64,000 nucleotides of DNA from the NCBI RefSeq assembly GCF_000143415.4, contig NW_003314404.1, forward strand, positions 248,001-312,000. The letters run 5' to 3'. Shown here one piece after another: positions 51,616 through 64,000 of this stretch (positions are counted from its first letter, which is position 1; every line of letters begins with the position of its first letter). Made by a program: the position numbers and the translations under genes. This stretch comes from Selaginella moellendorffii (taxonomy: Eukaryota > Plantae > Lycopodiophyta). Under the pieces are notes generated by a model, which worked only from the letters and a program-made list of their open reading frames with translations, was not told the DNA's origin and searched no databases.

Positions 51616-54600
51616 TAAACTTTGTACACATGTATGCCTAGTGTGGCAAGTTCCTGGATGCCAAGGCGGTGTTTGACTTCATCGCCAGCAAGAATGACAG
51701 GACTTACGCGATCATGATCGCGGCGTGCGTGAGGAAGGGCCGCCCCTTGCAAGTGCTGGAGCTCTGGGGGGAGATGGAGGAGCGAGGCATTGTCATGGAC
51801 AAGTTTATAGTGACGAGCTTGGTGGCGGCTTGCACCAAGCTCCAGGCACTCGAGGAGGGGCGGCAGCTCCACGAGCACCTGATCATCATGGGCTTCCGAA
51901 CGGACATCCCACTCGAGACGGCCTTGCTCCAGATGTATGGTAAGTGTGGCAGCCTCGACGATGCGAAGAGGGTGTTTGAGGGGATGGAGATCAAGGACTT
52001 GTTCACATGGTCGTCGATCATCTCGGTGTATGCTCACGCCGGGTGGGGAGAGATGGCAGTGGTGCTGTACAGGAGGATGATCTCCGAGGGGGTGGAACCC
52101 AACGTGGTGACTTTCGCTTGCGCTGTTGGTGGCTGTGCTAGTGTTGCGGGCCTGGCTGATGGACGAGCGATCCACCAGAGGATTCTAGTGTCCAAGGTTC
52201 TGCAGGACGATGTTCTACAGGACTCGCTGCTCAACATGTATCTCAAGTGTGACGAGATGGTGGAATCCAGGAAGGTGTTTGAGGGGATGAAAGCCAGGAA
52301 CGTCAGGTCCTACACGGCGATGATATCGGCTTACGTCCAGGCTGGGGAGCAAGCGGAAGCTCTGGAGCTCGTCTCCAGGATGAGCAAGGTGGAGGCTATT
52401 GAACCAAATCCTTATACGTTCGCCACCATCCTGGGTGCTGTTGAAGGGCTGGGTAACTTGGAGAAGGGGAGGAAGGTCCACAGGCACCTGGCTTCGCGGG
52501 GATTCGACACAAACGTTGTCATCCAGAACGCGCTGGTGACAATGTATGGGAAGTGTGGGAGCCTGGTGGAAGCTCAGAAGGTTTTTGACTCCATGACGGC
52601 TAGGAACGTGATCTCCTGGACTTCGATGATCGCGGCCTACGCTCAGCATGGGAATCCACAGGAGGCTCTCAACCTTTTCAAGAGGATGGACGTGGAGCCG
52701 AGTGGTGTGAGCTTCTCCAGTGCTCTCAATGCCTGTGCACTGCTGGGAGCTTTGGACGAAGGCCGAGAGATTCATCACCGAGTTGTGGAAGCCAATCTCG
52801 CATCCCCGCAGATGGAGACTTCCTTGCTCAGCATGGACGCGAGGTGTGGAAGCCTGGACGACGCGAGACGCGTGTTTAACAGGATGAAGACGAGAGACGC
52901 CTTCTCTTGCAGTGCGATGATCGCCGCCTTCACACAGCATGGTCGTAAGAAACAGGCACTCAGGATTTACAGGAAGATGGAGCAGGAAGGTATTCCAGCC
53001 GACGGAATCACGTTCGTGAGCGTCCTGGTTGCTTGCAGCCATACTTCACTGGTGGCTGATTGTTGAGATTTCTTCCAGTCTTTGATGATGGACCACGGGG
53101 TGGTACCATTGGTGGAGCACTACCTTTGCATGGTGGACGTCCTGGGCCGCTCGGGAAGACTGGGAGATGCCGAAGAGCTGGTGGAAACTATGCCATATCA
53201 AGCAGACGCAGTGGCCTGGATGACTTTACTGTCGGGTTGCAAGCACCACGGTGACTTGGATCGTGGTGAGAGAGCCGCCAGGAAAGTTTTCGAGCTAGCA
53301 CCGGCAGAGACTCTCCCTTACGTCTTCCTCTCCAACATGTACGCCGCTGCCAAGCGATTTGATGACGCTCGAAGAGTCCAGAAGGAGATGGAGGAGCACA
53401 GAGTGACGAGGCCAGTGGCAGCAAGCTACATCGAGATTGACAACAAGCTACACATGTTTACGAGTGGTGGTAGAGACGAGCAGCAAGAGGGTCACAACGG
53501 CCGGACGATGGAGAGGGTCTGGTCCCTGCTGCTGGAACTTTTAGAGCAGCTGGATACGTCCCCGACACAAGGGAAGTTGGTAGAATGCATAATACAGCAC
53601 CCCCCCTTATTTAGGGTGGGCCCCGTTTGCTTATTTGGATTTACATGCCTTATATGCGTATGCCACCTCATTACTATAAATTAAATATTGTTCTAGTATA
53701 TTATTTTCAACTATTTTTAAGTATTTAAAAGTACAAAATCAAATATATTATTTATTCTACTATAACAGCATTATCTTGATTGTATAGCTTAATATGACTG
53801 CATAGAATATTAAATGTAGCTTCCTTTCTTTCAATATATATTTTTTGCCAAATGTATTTTTGAAAGTAAGGTTGTATCATAGCGAGCAAGGGATCTTTTC
53901 ACAACCTAGATTATCAGATCGATATCTCATTGGTTGATGACATCTTTCACATTCTCTTTCTTGTGGAAGAAGACCAACTGTAATACAAAAAGTAAAAGAA
54001 TTTACTTTATTATTAGTTCTCTCAATAAGATCAGAAAAAGAAAGAATACTATCTTGAGCATGATTTACATATTCCAATTTAGCCATAATACTAAAAAGAA
54101 TGAATAAAATAAGAAAGAAAATATAAGGAGCACAAACATAAAACACAATGAGGAAAAGCCTAAACTAATCATAGGTTATATACTTATAAATTATAGCCGT
54201 TCATTCACTGGCTAATTATAAAATTATAGTCGTTAACATATCCGTTAACAACATCTACTAATTAAAGTTTAACGTTACTAATTTAGAGTTAGTCGTTAAA
54301 CATTTAGGGTGCGACTAAGCGCGCCACGGAGGAAGCGAGGAGTGAGCGTGGCAAAGGGGCAACCACGTAAGAGTGAGGGGTGCTGTATTATGCATTTCTT
54401 CCGGCTTGCCATCGCCTACAGATTGATCACTGCCAAAGATCCAGACGATTCTCGTCCAAACTCGGTCACTCTAGATGCCACCAATGCACCAGTGCGAATA
54501 TCCCCTTGCGTCTTGGAAGCTCCAAGCAATGCCGTCCATTCCACTTCCATGGGATTGTACGGAAGGCTGTCCACCAGATCCATGGCATCTTTGATCTGAG

Positions 54601-54748
54601 AGTCGTCAACAGCCACCGGGTGTGCTCCGACTGCCACTCTGCGATCAAGCTTCTCTCAGATATCACTGAGAAGAGGATTTTTGTGAGAGATGGGAGCCGG
54701 TTCCACCACTTTGAGAAGGGAGCCTGCTCGTACGGGGATCACTGGTGA
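51616..54748 (+). pseudogene. PLS-class PPR-E/DYW-type protein, copy 3, interrupted by two insertions
   Basis: 465-aa PPR ORF with stop at 53066; E domain; insertions at 53579-54402 and 54458-54595; ends RVCSDCH...GDHW. Confidence 0.92.
53579..54402 (-). mobile_element. Non-autonomous TIR element, possibly Merlin/ISXO2-like
   Basis: TIRs GGTAGAATGCATAATACAGCACCCCC / GGGGTGCTGTATTATGCATTTCTTCC; internal minus-strand peptide VGLLPQERECERCHQPM; about 65 bp of host PPR missing at the site. Confidence 0.75.
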
Positions 54749-54950
54749 AGTTACGTTTCTTTATGTTTCACGTGGTGGGCACAGAGTTGGCGGGGACAAA
54801 GTCAGAACAAGAAAATCGTGCCGCATAAAGGTAGGTCGCAAAGTCAAGTTCCTATGTGGCGCACCTTGACTGACTGATGGATTGCAGGGCTCTCCGTCAA
54901 GAGAAGGGAAGTAGTAACACGTTGAAGTTGAAGTTGAAGTGAAGTTGCAA

Positions 54951-57289
54951 ATGATGGAACTCATGATCTGGCTGATCCTGTTGAGCACGCTTGGATCCTC
55001 TACAGCATCACTCAACGCACACAAAGCTGGGGTCTTGGTTGCATTGAAAAGGAGCCTCCTGGGACTGGGAAACACCTCAGACTGGACTGTGGAAAACTCC
55101 GATCGAGCATGCACCGACTGGAAGGGAGTGATTTGCAACAGTGACGATTCAGAGGTGGTGGAGCTTCATCTGGCAGGAAATGGATTCACAGGTGAGATCT
55201 CGTCGGTGGCACTCGGGCAGCTGGCGAGTTTGCGAGTCTTGGACGTGAGCAAAAACCTGCTGGTCGGATCTCTTCCTGCGGAGCTCGGGCTGCTGCAAAG
55301 CCTGCAAGCTTTGGACGTCTCGGGTAACAGACTGACTGGGAGCTTACCTCGGGATCTCGGCAATTGTAGCGCTCTTCGTTTTCTCAACGCCCAGCAAAAC
55401 CAGCTTCAAGGTCCGATACCGCCCCAGCTGGGAGCGCTCCAGAGGTTGGAGATACTCGTCCACAACAACCGCTTGTCAGGTTCTCTTCCTCCGTCCCTTG
55501 CGAACTGCTCGAAGCTCCAGGAGATTTGGCTGACGAGCAATGATGTTGAAGGGGAGATTCCGCAGGAAGTCGGGGCTATGCAGGAGCTGCGAGTATTCTT
55601 CGTGGAGAGAAACCGGCTGGAAGGGCTCATTCCACCAGTTTTTGCAAACTGCTCGTCTCTCGAGCTCTTGGCGCTCGGGGAGAATTCTCTGGGCGGGAGG
55701 ATACCAGATGAGCTTGGACGGCTCGAAAACTTGGTGGCACTGTCGCTGCATAGCGTGCAGCGGCTGGAGGGGCCAATTCCTCCTGAGATCAGCAACAACA
55801 GCAAGCTCGAGTGGTTTGATATCAACGGAAACTCGCTCATGCATGGCTCGATTCCAGTGTCGCTGCTTCAGCTCCCGCGCTTGGCCACCTTGCAACTCTC
55901 TTATTTCAACAACACCTCCGACCGTCCGGTCCCGGAACAGCTCTGGAACATGACTCAGCTCGAGTTTCTGGGAATCGGGAGGACAAACAGCCGAGGGATC
56001 CTGTCATCGATCGTCGGAAACTTGACAAGGCTTCGGTCGCTGAGACTCAACGGGAACCGCTTTGAAGGAAGCGTTCCGGACGAGCTGTCCAAGTGTACCA
56101 GGATGGAGATGCTGATCCTCTCCAACAACAGACTCCTGGGAGGCGTTACTCGATCGCTTGGCACGCTTCAGCGTCTCAGAGTTTTGATGCTCGGTGGAAA
56201 CCAGCTCTCCGGAGCAATACCAGAGGAGCTCGGGAACTGCACCAACCTGGAAGAGCTGGTCCTCGAGAGGAACTTCTTCCGTGGAGCAATACCAGAGTCC
56301 ATCGCCAGGATGGCAAAGCTTCGGAGTTTGCTCCTCTACGGAAACCAGCTCTCCGGAGTGATTCCAGCTCCAGCTTCGCCAGAGATAATCGACATGAGGC
56401 TGCACGGCAACAGCTTATCAGGCTCCATCCCTCCCTCCGTTGGCAACCTTTCCAAACTTTCCATACTCTATCTCTCCAACAACAAGCTGGACGGCTCCAT
56501 CCCGGCGACTCTCGGACAGCTTCGACGATTGACACGGGTGGACTTCTCCGAGAACCAGCTCACGGGTGGTATTCCTGGCAGCCTCGCAAGCTGTGACACC
56601 TTGCAGCTACTGGATCTATCCTCCAACCTCCTGAGTGGAGAGATTCCGGCGTCCATCGGTGAATGGACCGGCTTCCAGACCGCGGACAAGAACCAGGCTC
56701 TCAACATATCGTCCATGACACCGTTTGGAGTGTTTCCGGAGAACTCCACCGATGCATACCGAAGAACTGTGTCCGAGGATATGGCTGGCGCCTTGGATGG
56801 ACACACGTACCAGCAATACGCAAGGGAGTTGGAGGCGACTTGTCGGCGAACCAGCTCACCGGTGAGATTCCCACAAGCTTGGGAAAGCTGGCTGGAGTCC
56901 GGGAGCTCAACTTGTCACACAACTGGCTGTCTGGAGGCATTCCATGGACTCTGGGAGAGATGACGTCCATGGCAGTGCTGGATCTCTCTTTCAACCGGAT
57001 CAACGGGACGATACCAGGGGGACTGGCGAGGCTTCACTTGCTCAAGGATCTGAGGGTCGTGTTTAATGACTTGGAAGGCAGGATTCCAGAGACTCTGGAG
57101 TTTGGCGCGTCGAGCTACGAGGGAAATCCAGGACTGTGCGGGGAGCCTCTCTCCCGGCCGTGCGAAGGAGATGGCCTCGTGGACGTGGGCGATGGTGTAA
57201 CTTGGTGGAAGGAGAACGTCTCCAATGGGGCGTTTGTAGTGGGATTTCTTGGTGGGTTCTTCACTTTTTTGGTTTCTACTGGCTTTTAG
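54951..57289 (+). pseudogene. LRR receptor-like protein, copy 3 (single frameshifting deletion at about 56836, altered tail)
   Basis: Near-identical to copy 2; GGAGGTGCCAGGGGTGCTCGAC is reduced to GGAGGCGAC (13-bp loss). Confidence 0.9.
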
Positions 57290-59069
57290 GGTTGAAACAA
57301 ATGTTGTTGCAGAAGCATGCAAGGCAATCACTAGGGGAGGATATATCCTGCTATCAATTCACTCTGATGGAACCGATAGACCTGGAGCACTTCATGCAGA
57401 TTGAATATGAGGTGCTTCGAGGCTCTGTTTTTGAGGAGCTTTCTGTTGCTTACGTACTGCTTGGAGCTATGCCTAACAGTTCCTTTTTTACATTTACTAA
57501 TTCTTCTTAGGTTGATGGTGTGCATAAATCTGATCTTGGCAACAATCTATCACATTAAGGAGTTGCTGAACTTTTTGGGCCACCAGATCCAGCCAATTGC
57601 AACCGTCCAATAGAGGGTCAACTGTAAAAGGGTTATTTATTGCTCGAAGGCTCTACGAGAATCCAAAAGCAACTCTGTTATGGAGCCTTGCGCAAGAATT
57701 CCCCGTCATGGCCAGCCTTTCAACAATTTCTGAATTTGATGCGTTTGAAAGTAAGAGTTACAATTGTAGTGGATAGTGGTAACATAATTTCAATAAAGAG
57801 TGGTGGTGCTGCTTTGCTAGTTAACATTGTGAATGTCTGCAATGTAATTTTTTGTGCTTTACTCTTCAATGAATGGAATGAAGTGATTTATAATCCCAAA
57901 ACCCATTTCGTTGAGCTGATAGATTATGTATATCTTTGGTGGCATCACTAGATTAAAATCCAAAACTAGCAGAGATTTAAATTCTGTTTAACACAAGAGA
58001 GTAAATATTTTTATGTAAATAATTTTATTTTTTAATTCTTTATGAATAAAATAATCAACTTTATCTAAAATTATTCTGTTTTATAAAGTATTATAATATT
58101 TGAATAGTTTAGGTCAAAATTAACTTTTATAATTTAATTTTAACAGTACTTAAAAATATAATAAAAAATTATATTCTGTACAAATGGCCTGTCTAAAAAT
58201 CATTAAACTATATAAAACTCAACACTAGGCAATGGCATATCGGATTGGTATATCAAATGTGGGTTAATTTAATTTTATAAATGTGTAAGACCATAATTAA
58301 AGTTTCAAGTGTTAATATGAAAACATTAAACAACTTTTATTAACAATAAGAGTACATATTATATTTTTATATGTAGCCTTAGCTATTTATAATTTAATTC
58401 ATTATCATGTAATATTTGATTAAACAGTAATATTTTAAAATATTTTTACTAATTGCAAATATAGTTTATTAGTACATAATACTATGGAATATAAGATTTT
58501 AATTTATAGTTTCTATAACATATATATTTACAAATAATTATTTTCTTGATTAGATCTGGGTAGTAATATATTAATGTTCCTAAAAACTTATTTTTTTATA
58601 TCCTAAGTAAAACGTATACGTAATGAATGTCTTGCAGTAAATATTCTCTTTTTTTTGATAAAATCATAATAAATTTATCCCAAGTAAAAATATAATTTAC
58701 ATATAACATATTTTTAATAATATAAAAATAATTTTTACTTTTTTCTTTGTCAGGTATTTTTTTAAATATAATCATATTTCAAAATAATAATTTGTAGATA
58801 ATATTTTTATTAATGGATATTTATTCTTACTTATGCCTTGGAATATATTTTGTTCTAGATATTTATATTATCAAGTTTATAAAAACTTATTTTTGTATTC
58901 ATCTAGCATTTTCTAGGCATAATTCCCTCAATCAAAGTGGAATATAATATTTGTTATTTTGATACTATTCCAATTTAGCTTTTAATATATTAAAAAATAA
59001 AAACAATAGTTTACTAACTACACAGAATATGCTGGGCAAGTGCAATTTATTTCCAGGCATGCTGAAACT

Positions 59070-59558
59070 TTTTCAATGGAACTTGAAAGCCCGAATGAAC
59101 CAGTTGCCTTGGCAAATGATCCAGCTGACCCAGAAGGTACTTTTCAAAACATACTGCACTCTACATGCCGCTGTTGTGTAAGACACCGAAGCTGCAGAGC
59201 CACACTAGAAAGAAATAGAATTTATAGCTTCCAAAGTACAAAGCCTGCAAGCAGCCTGATTGTTGCAAGTGAGAGCTCCAAACAACTCACCATGCTGGGT
59301 AGTGATATTGCTTGAGGTGCGGAGCATATCAGTCAAGGCTGCTCCAATAGCCCTGGTTGATGGATCCCAGACAGATAATTTTGCACAAGAGCATACTAAC
59401 GTGTTGGCTAGGTAGCTCTTCCAGCAAAGTCCAAGAGCTGCTGGAGCTGGAGCTGGAGTTGGAGGTTGAACTGGAGAAATTCTGGGAAGAGGATATCTCT
59501 TGGCTCCAGCAATTGTGATTACGAGGGAGAGTGCTAAGAAAACTTTACCTTGCTCCAT
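59070..59558 (-). pseudogene. Secreted Gnk2/DUF26-like cysteine-rich protein with internal stop
   Basis: Signal peptide, Pro-rich linker, GELFGALTCxxxxxCxxC...*CGS...AACRVQY, resembling the DUF26 C-terminal pattern. Confidence 0.5.
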
Positions 59559-59598
59559 TTTCTATGAACTATGAACTGCCTGTTTTGACCTTGGAAAC

Positions 59599-59601
<3 letters not shown>

Positions 59602-59673
<72 letters not shown>
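59602..59673. repeat. (TA)n microsatellite
   Basis: Pure AT dinucleotide run. Confidence 0.97.
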
Positions 59674-59676
<3 letters not shown>

Positions 59677-59977
59677 TCATGAAGAAGGCCTCGATATTTC
59701 CCCACCGGCTGGCAAATGATTTGAAGTAGACAATTATTTGACCACAATTATATAGGCTGGCAATTGTTATCTAGAAGCATATGAATTAACTATTAAATTA
59801 AGAACATCAGACTCATTCATACCTATACTTGTTTGCTTATAATACAAAAGAAATGCTAGAGCAAACTTTAAATCATTTGTCCACTTCTGATCATTTGCGG
59901 AGCCTTCCTCCTGACTTTTATATAAATTACAGGTTTCCAAACCGAACAATATCAAAGGCAATGACCAAGGAAAGTTT

Positions 59978-60430
59978 NNNNNNNNNNNNNNNNNNNNNNN
60001 NNNNNNNNNNNNNNNNNNNNNNNNNNNNNNNNNNNNNNNNNNNNNNNNNNNNNNNNNNNNNNNNNNNNNNNNNNNNNNNNNNNNNNNNNNNNNNNNNNNN
60101 NNNNNNNNNNNNNNNNNNNNNNNNNNNNNNNNNNNNNNNNNNNNNNNNNNNNNNNNNNNNNNNNNNNNNNNNNNNNNNNNNNNNNNNNNNNNNNNNNNNN
60201 NNNNNNNNNNNNNNNNNNNNNNNNNNNNNNNNNNNNNNNNNNNNNNNNNNNNNNNNNNNNNNNNNNNNNNNNNNNNNNNNNNNNNNNNNNNNNNNNNNNN
60301 NNNNNNNNNNNNNNNNNNNNNNNNNNNNNNNNNNNNNNNNNNNNNNNNNNNNNNNNNNNNNNNNNNNNNNNNNNNNNNNNNNNNNNNNNNNNNNNNNNNN
60401 NNNNNNNNNNNNNNNNNNNNNNNNNNNNNN
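59978..60430. other. Assembly gap (N run)
   Basis: Run of n. Confidence 1.
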
Positions 60431-60569
60431 TCTCTTTGGTGTGGTCAGCAGCTCGGTATATTACACAGCAGCAGCATGCAGATTGCAGTATGTTGTTATG
60501 AGAAATTCGAGCTGGATGGGCTTGGATCATTTGCCATGGCAATTGGTTCATCGGGCTTTCAAGTTCTAA
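60431..60569 (+). CDS. 3' end of a paralogous Gnk2/DUF26-like gene (5' part in the gap)
   Basis: YYTAAACRLQYV...LDHLPWQLVHRAFKF is homologous to the reverse complement of 59075-59205. Confidence 0.45.
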
Positions 60570-61049
60570 AGGTCCATTCTTAGTTGGCATTATGGAATTA
60601 AAGAATGTCGATGTCACAAAGGAAAATAAGATTCAAAGTAAACTTTTTTACGGTTTCTTACCACACGTCCTTTTGAAATATTTTTGTGAGGTTTTGGGCC
60701 AGCCAGTGGGTGCACAGCAGGTGTGAGTGACACCCGTCTGCTTGCCTGGTAAAGCTCTCTTTTTTTTACCATGGCTCCTCCCAGCCACGAGGTTTCCAGG
60801 GGAAGCGGGAGAGGGGGCACTGCTGCCCAGCAGTGACAAGGACAGTGGATCGCTCATGTGTTTTTCTTTTGCAGGGCCGCATAACTGTTATGTAATTTAG
60901 CATCTGTTGGCAGCCCAGGCGGGACAGGCTCAGCAGACAATGCAAGCTGTACATCTCTGTGCTCTTCTTTCTGCCTCGACACAGCAAGGAATGTGTGTGT
61001 TCTTACTGGAATTCCACCATGCTGAGCGGCTGCATTCCCTTTTCCAGCG

Positions 61050-61365
61050 AAAGGAGCACAAATCGTCTGAGCAGGATTTTGGCAACGAGCAGCTGCAATG
61101 GTGTGGCCAGAGGCATCGACAGGGAAGCAGCGGCCAGGGATTTGCTGGAATGGATGGCAAGCAAGGGTGTGGCAGAGCCTGGAGGTGTGGAGGTGAGGCA
61201 TGGGGAGCTGTTTGCCAAGTGCAGCATGGACCCGGCTCAAATCTCCTTTGTTGTTTGATGGATGTTTCCTATTTTTGATCAAGCAGGGGATTTGCTTTCA
61301 TCACGTACAAAAGTGTTGAGGCCCCAAGGAAAGCCATCGATGATCCCAACAAGACAATAGGGGTA
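61050..61365 (+). pseudogene. RRM protein fragment (UBA2-like)
   Basis: QGFAFITYKSVEAPRKAIDDPNKTIG (RNP1-like) followed by a GT donor. Confidence 0.45.
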
Positions 61366-61456
61366 AGTTATCCAAACATACCGTGGTTTTTATTAACGAG
61401 TCTATTCTTCTAGGGAATGCATTGTCAAGACGCCTAACAAGATCAAGATTGGAAAA

Positions 61457-64000
61457 TGTAGAAGACAAAGAGAAAAGCTAGTGAAAACAAGGAAGAGGCC
61501 TTAGACTGGCATTGATTCAGATTGTGGAAAAATGAAACAAGGCTAACCTATATATACTATAGGTTGATGAAACTCCACCACTCTTGGATCGAAGATGGCC
61601 TAAATATAACTAAGGTCAAGGAGGCACCACGTCATCATCAAGAATGTGGTTTGAGATTTAAGAATTGTATGGGAAATTAAAGAGTCAAGAATAGGGAAGT
61701 GTCTTGAGAGTCAAGAATAGGGAAGTGTCTCGAGAATCAAGAATATGATCTACGGGTCAAGAATCTGGCAAAACTCAGGAATGTGGCAAGAATTGGGGAT
61801 TTCTAATAGCACCCCCTCCTCAAGAACGAGTGGAATGAGGATGTGAATGAGAACGAAGAGGAGGATGAGATGGGCGGCAATAATCCTGTCACTTATCGCT
61901 TTGCACTTCCTTTCTCATATTAAATTCACCTTGTTTTTCACTCCTCTCTCCTTGAGCCTTATATTCCCAATCCTATTCCAAATTGGGTCATTCTTCTACC
62001 TCCACCAGTGCAGCTCGAGGATGGGTCTGAGTACGAGGTTCGGGACATCTTTGATTCCAAGATCTCACAGTCTAAACTCTACTATCTGGTAAACTGGAAG
62101 GGTTATGGACCTGAGGAATGCACTTGGGAACCTGCGGACAATCTAATTCATTGTCCTGGATGGCAGTGATAGGGAAAGGACTAAGGCATTTGAAATCGAG
62201 TTTGAGACATGGCCTGGTGGTGGAGATATTTCGCCTGAGGAGCTAAACTTTATCCTCGATATTGTAAGGGGGACAATCCTGATGATGGACATTGGCAAAT
62301 GTTTTGTGAGATTCCTGAGCACAATGGAGGTGGAAGGAAATGGAGTTATGGATTTCCTGGAGGTTGGAGACAAATGCCTCAAAGTGGGGATTTGAACGAG
62401 AGGATTTGGATGGAGAAGGAAGTGAGAGATTGAATCGGGGATTTCAGCCAGAGTTTGCAAAGAAGGGGAAAACTTGAAGGGAGGAGTGAACAGAGTTGTT
62501 ATAGGAGAACTCAGCAAGGGGAAGGATATTGAACCAATCATCATAATGATAGTTGATGAAACACCTCAGGAATTGTTCCAATGTGTGAATCGTATGCTCG
62601 GACTGTCCATCAGTTTGAGGATGATACGCCGAAGAAAGGTTGGCCTTCACTCCAAGCAGCTGCAAGAACCGTTGCCAGAAATGAGAGATGAACTGAGGTC
62701 CCCGATCCGAAACCACATCTGCAGGAATCCCATGAAGTTGGAAAATTTCCCTGAATACCAGTTTTGCCATGTCCTCACCCGAAAACTCCTTGGTACATGG
62801 CAGGAAGTGCATCATCTTTGTGAAGCAATCCATCACGACTAAAATGCTGTTGAAGCCTCTAGAACTCAGAAGATCACTCAAGAAATCCATGGAGATGGAT
62901 TCCTAAGGACTTGAAGGGACTAGGAGGGAACGAAGTAAACCGGAACGAAGGTACCTTATTCCGGGCGCAAGTGTCACAAGAGGTAACAAAAGCTTTGATG
63001 TAGTCGTTCATGTGAGGTTTTCGCAATGCCGAAGTGACCAGCAGTCTGGCAATCGTGGCACGCTATCAGGACCAACCTTCAAGCATCACCTTCGGGAACG
63101 TAAAGCTACTCCCCACTATACAACAAGCCATCTAAGAACTCAAACTCGTCAAATCGCTAGCAGTCAGGAGTCACTGCGTGTCCAGCCTGAAGATGGGGGA
63201 AAATGTCGCTGGCGAGGTCGTTGGATTGAAGATTGTTTCTAATCGCATCCATCAAGGAGGAGTCCTGAGGGGCCAGGGAAATTGCCATAACTTGAAGCCG
63301 ATCAGGACCAAGGATAACCTGATCCTGTTGATTGAAGGCAGGATTACCAAGCCTAAGATTGAGATAGGAGCACCTTGAAAGAGCATTAGGAAGGCCTTGA
63401 AGCTTTCCAGGTCTGTACTTGTTAACAAAGTCAAACCGACTCAAGAATTGTGCCCACCTTGCCTGACGACAGCTCAAAACTCGGGAAGTGGCAAAGTACT
63501 CGAGATTTTTGTGATTCGTCCAGACCGTTGTTTGATAGCTCACCCCCTCCAAGAAACGACGCCACTCTCCAAAGGAGTCCATGATGGCAAGGAGCTCCTT
63601 GTCGTGGATTTTGTAATTGATCTCCACATGTTGGAATTTCCGAAAATGGAAAGCGACCGGATGAAATTCCTGATCTGCTCCAAGTTGAGACAGCACAACA
63701 CCGATAGCAAAGTTGGAGGTGTTTGCCTCGATGAAGAAAGGTTGTGAGGGATTAGCGTGGATCAAGAAGGGAGCAGAATTGAAGGCCGCTTTAAGTGTGT
63801 CGAAGGCTTGCTGGGTAGTAGTAGACCAAAAGAAGGGAACATCCTTGCTAGTGAGATGCGTGAGAGGAAGGACAATGTCAAAGTGGTGATCAATGAATTT
63901 GCGGTAGAAGTTGGTGAAGCCAAGGAAAACCTGAATGTCCGACATTGATTGTGGAGGCTCCCATTCGAGAATAGTCTTGACTTTGGTAGGATTCATTGTG
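61457..64000 (-). mobile_element. Ty3/Gypsy chromovirus, 3' part (RT/RNase H, integrase, chromodomain, PPT, 3' LTR about 61457-61808)
   Basis: VVSDRGPQF, AYHPQTDGQSE, chromodomain EYEV...[17 protein letters not shown] (inverted), PPT GAGGAGGGGG at about 61812-61821, LTR ending CA at 61457. Confidence 0.92.

Noticed and set aside
57950-59030. AT-rich stretch as a MITE or Helitron (likewise 240-1130 and 4080-4700)
   Set aside because: No convincing TIRs, TSD or terminal hairpin found by eye.
59829-60617. ORFs of 246 and 221 aa in the track
   Set aside because: Artefacts of translating through the N gap.

Overview
This is eukaryotic plant genomic DNA. Introns of about 50 nt, PLS-class PPR genes and the LRR receptor-like and P450 genes suggest a lycophyte such as Selaginella (inference). 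The host scaffold is a tandem triplication of a [cytochrome P450 - PPR/DYW-type - LRR receptor-like protein] unit; only the LRR-RLP at 41608-44058 is intact. A nested transposon island (about 4.7-35.8 kb) lies between copies 1 and 2. It contains Ty3/Gypsy remnants, a hAT element with perfect 16-bp TIRs, and a 13.9-kb DNA transposon at 14527-28403. That transposon is the main finding. It has perfect 22-bp TIRs and an 8-bp target-site duplication, confirmed against an empty paralogous site in the same window. It encodes a Sola-like DDD transposase and, divergently, a large multi-exon cargo gene with ParB-like, degenerate DNA-methyltransferase-like and FCP1/HAD-phosphatase-like regions. About 30 copies of a 22-bp palindrome (ATGGCRTG-N6-CAYGCCAT) are confined to the element and occur in its micro-introns and coding sequence. 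This suggests an element-encoded protein/palindrome (ParB/parS-like or anti-silencing) system. Other features: a Merlin/ISXO2-like non-autonomous element, a 5'-truncated EEF1AKMT4-like methyltransferase, Gnk2/DUF26-like genes flanking an assembly gap, and a chromovirus at the right end. All domain calls are by motif recognition; no searches were run.
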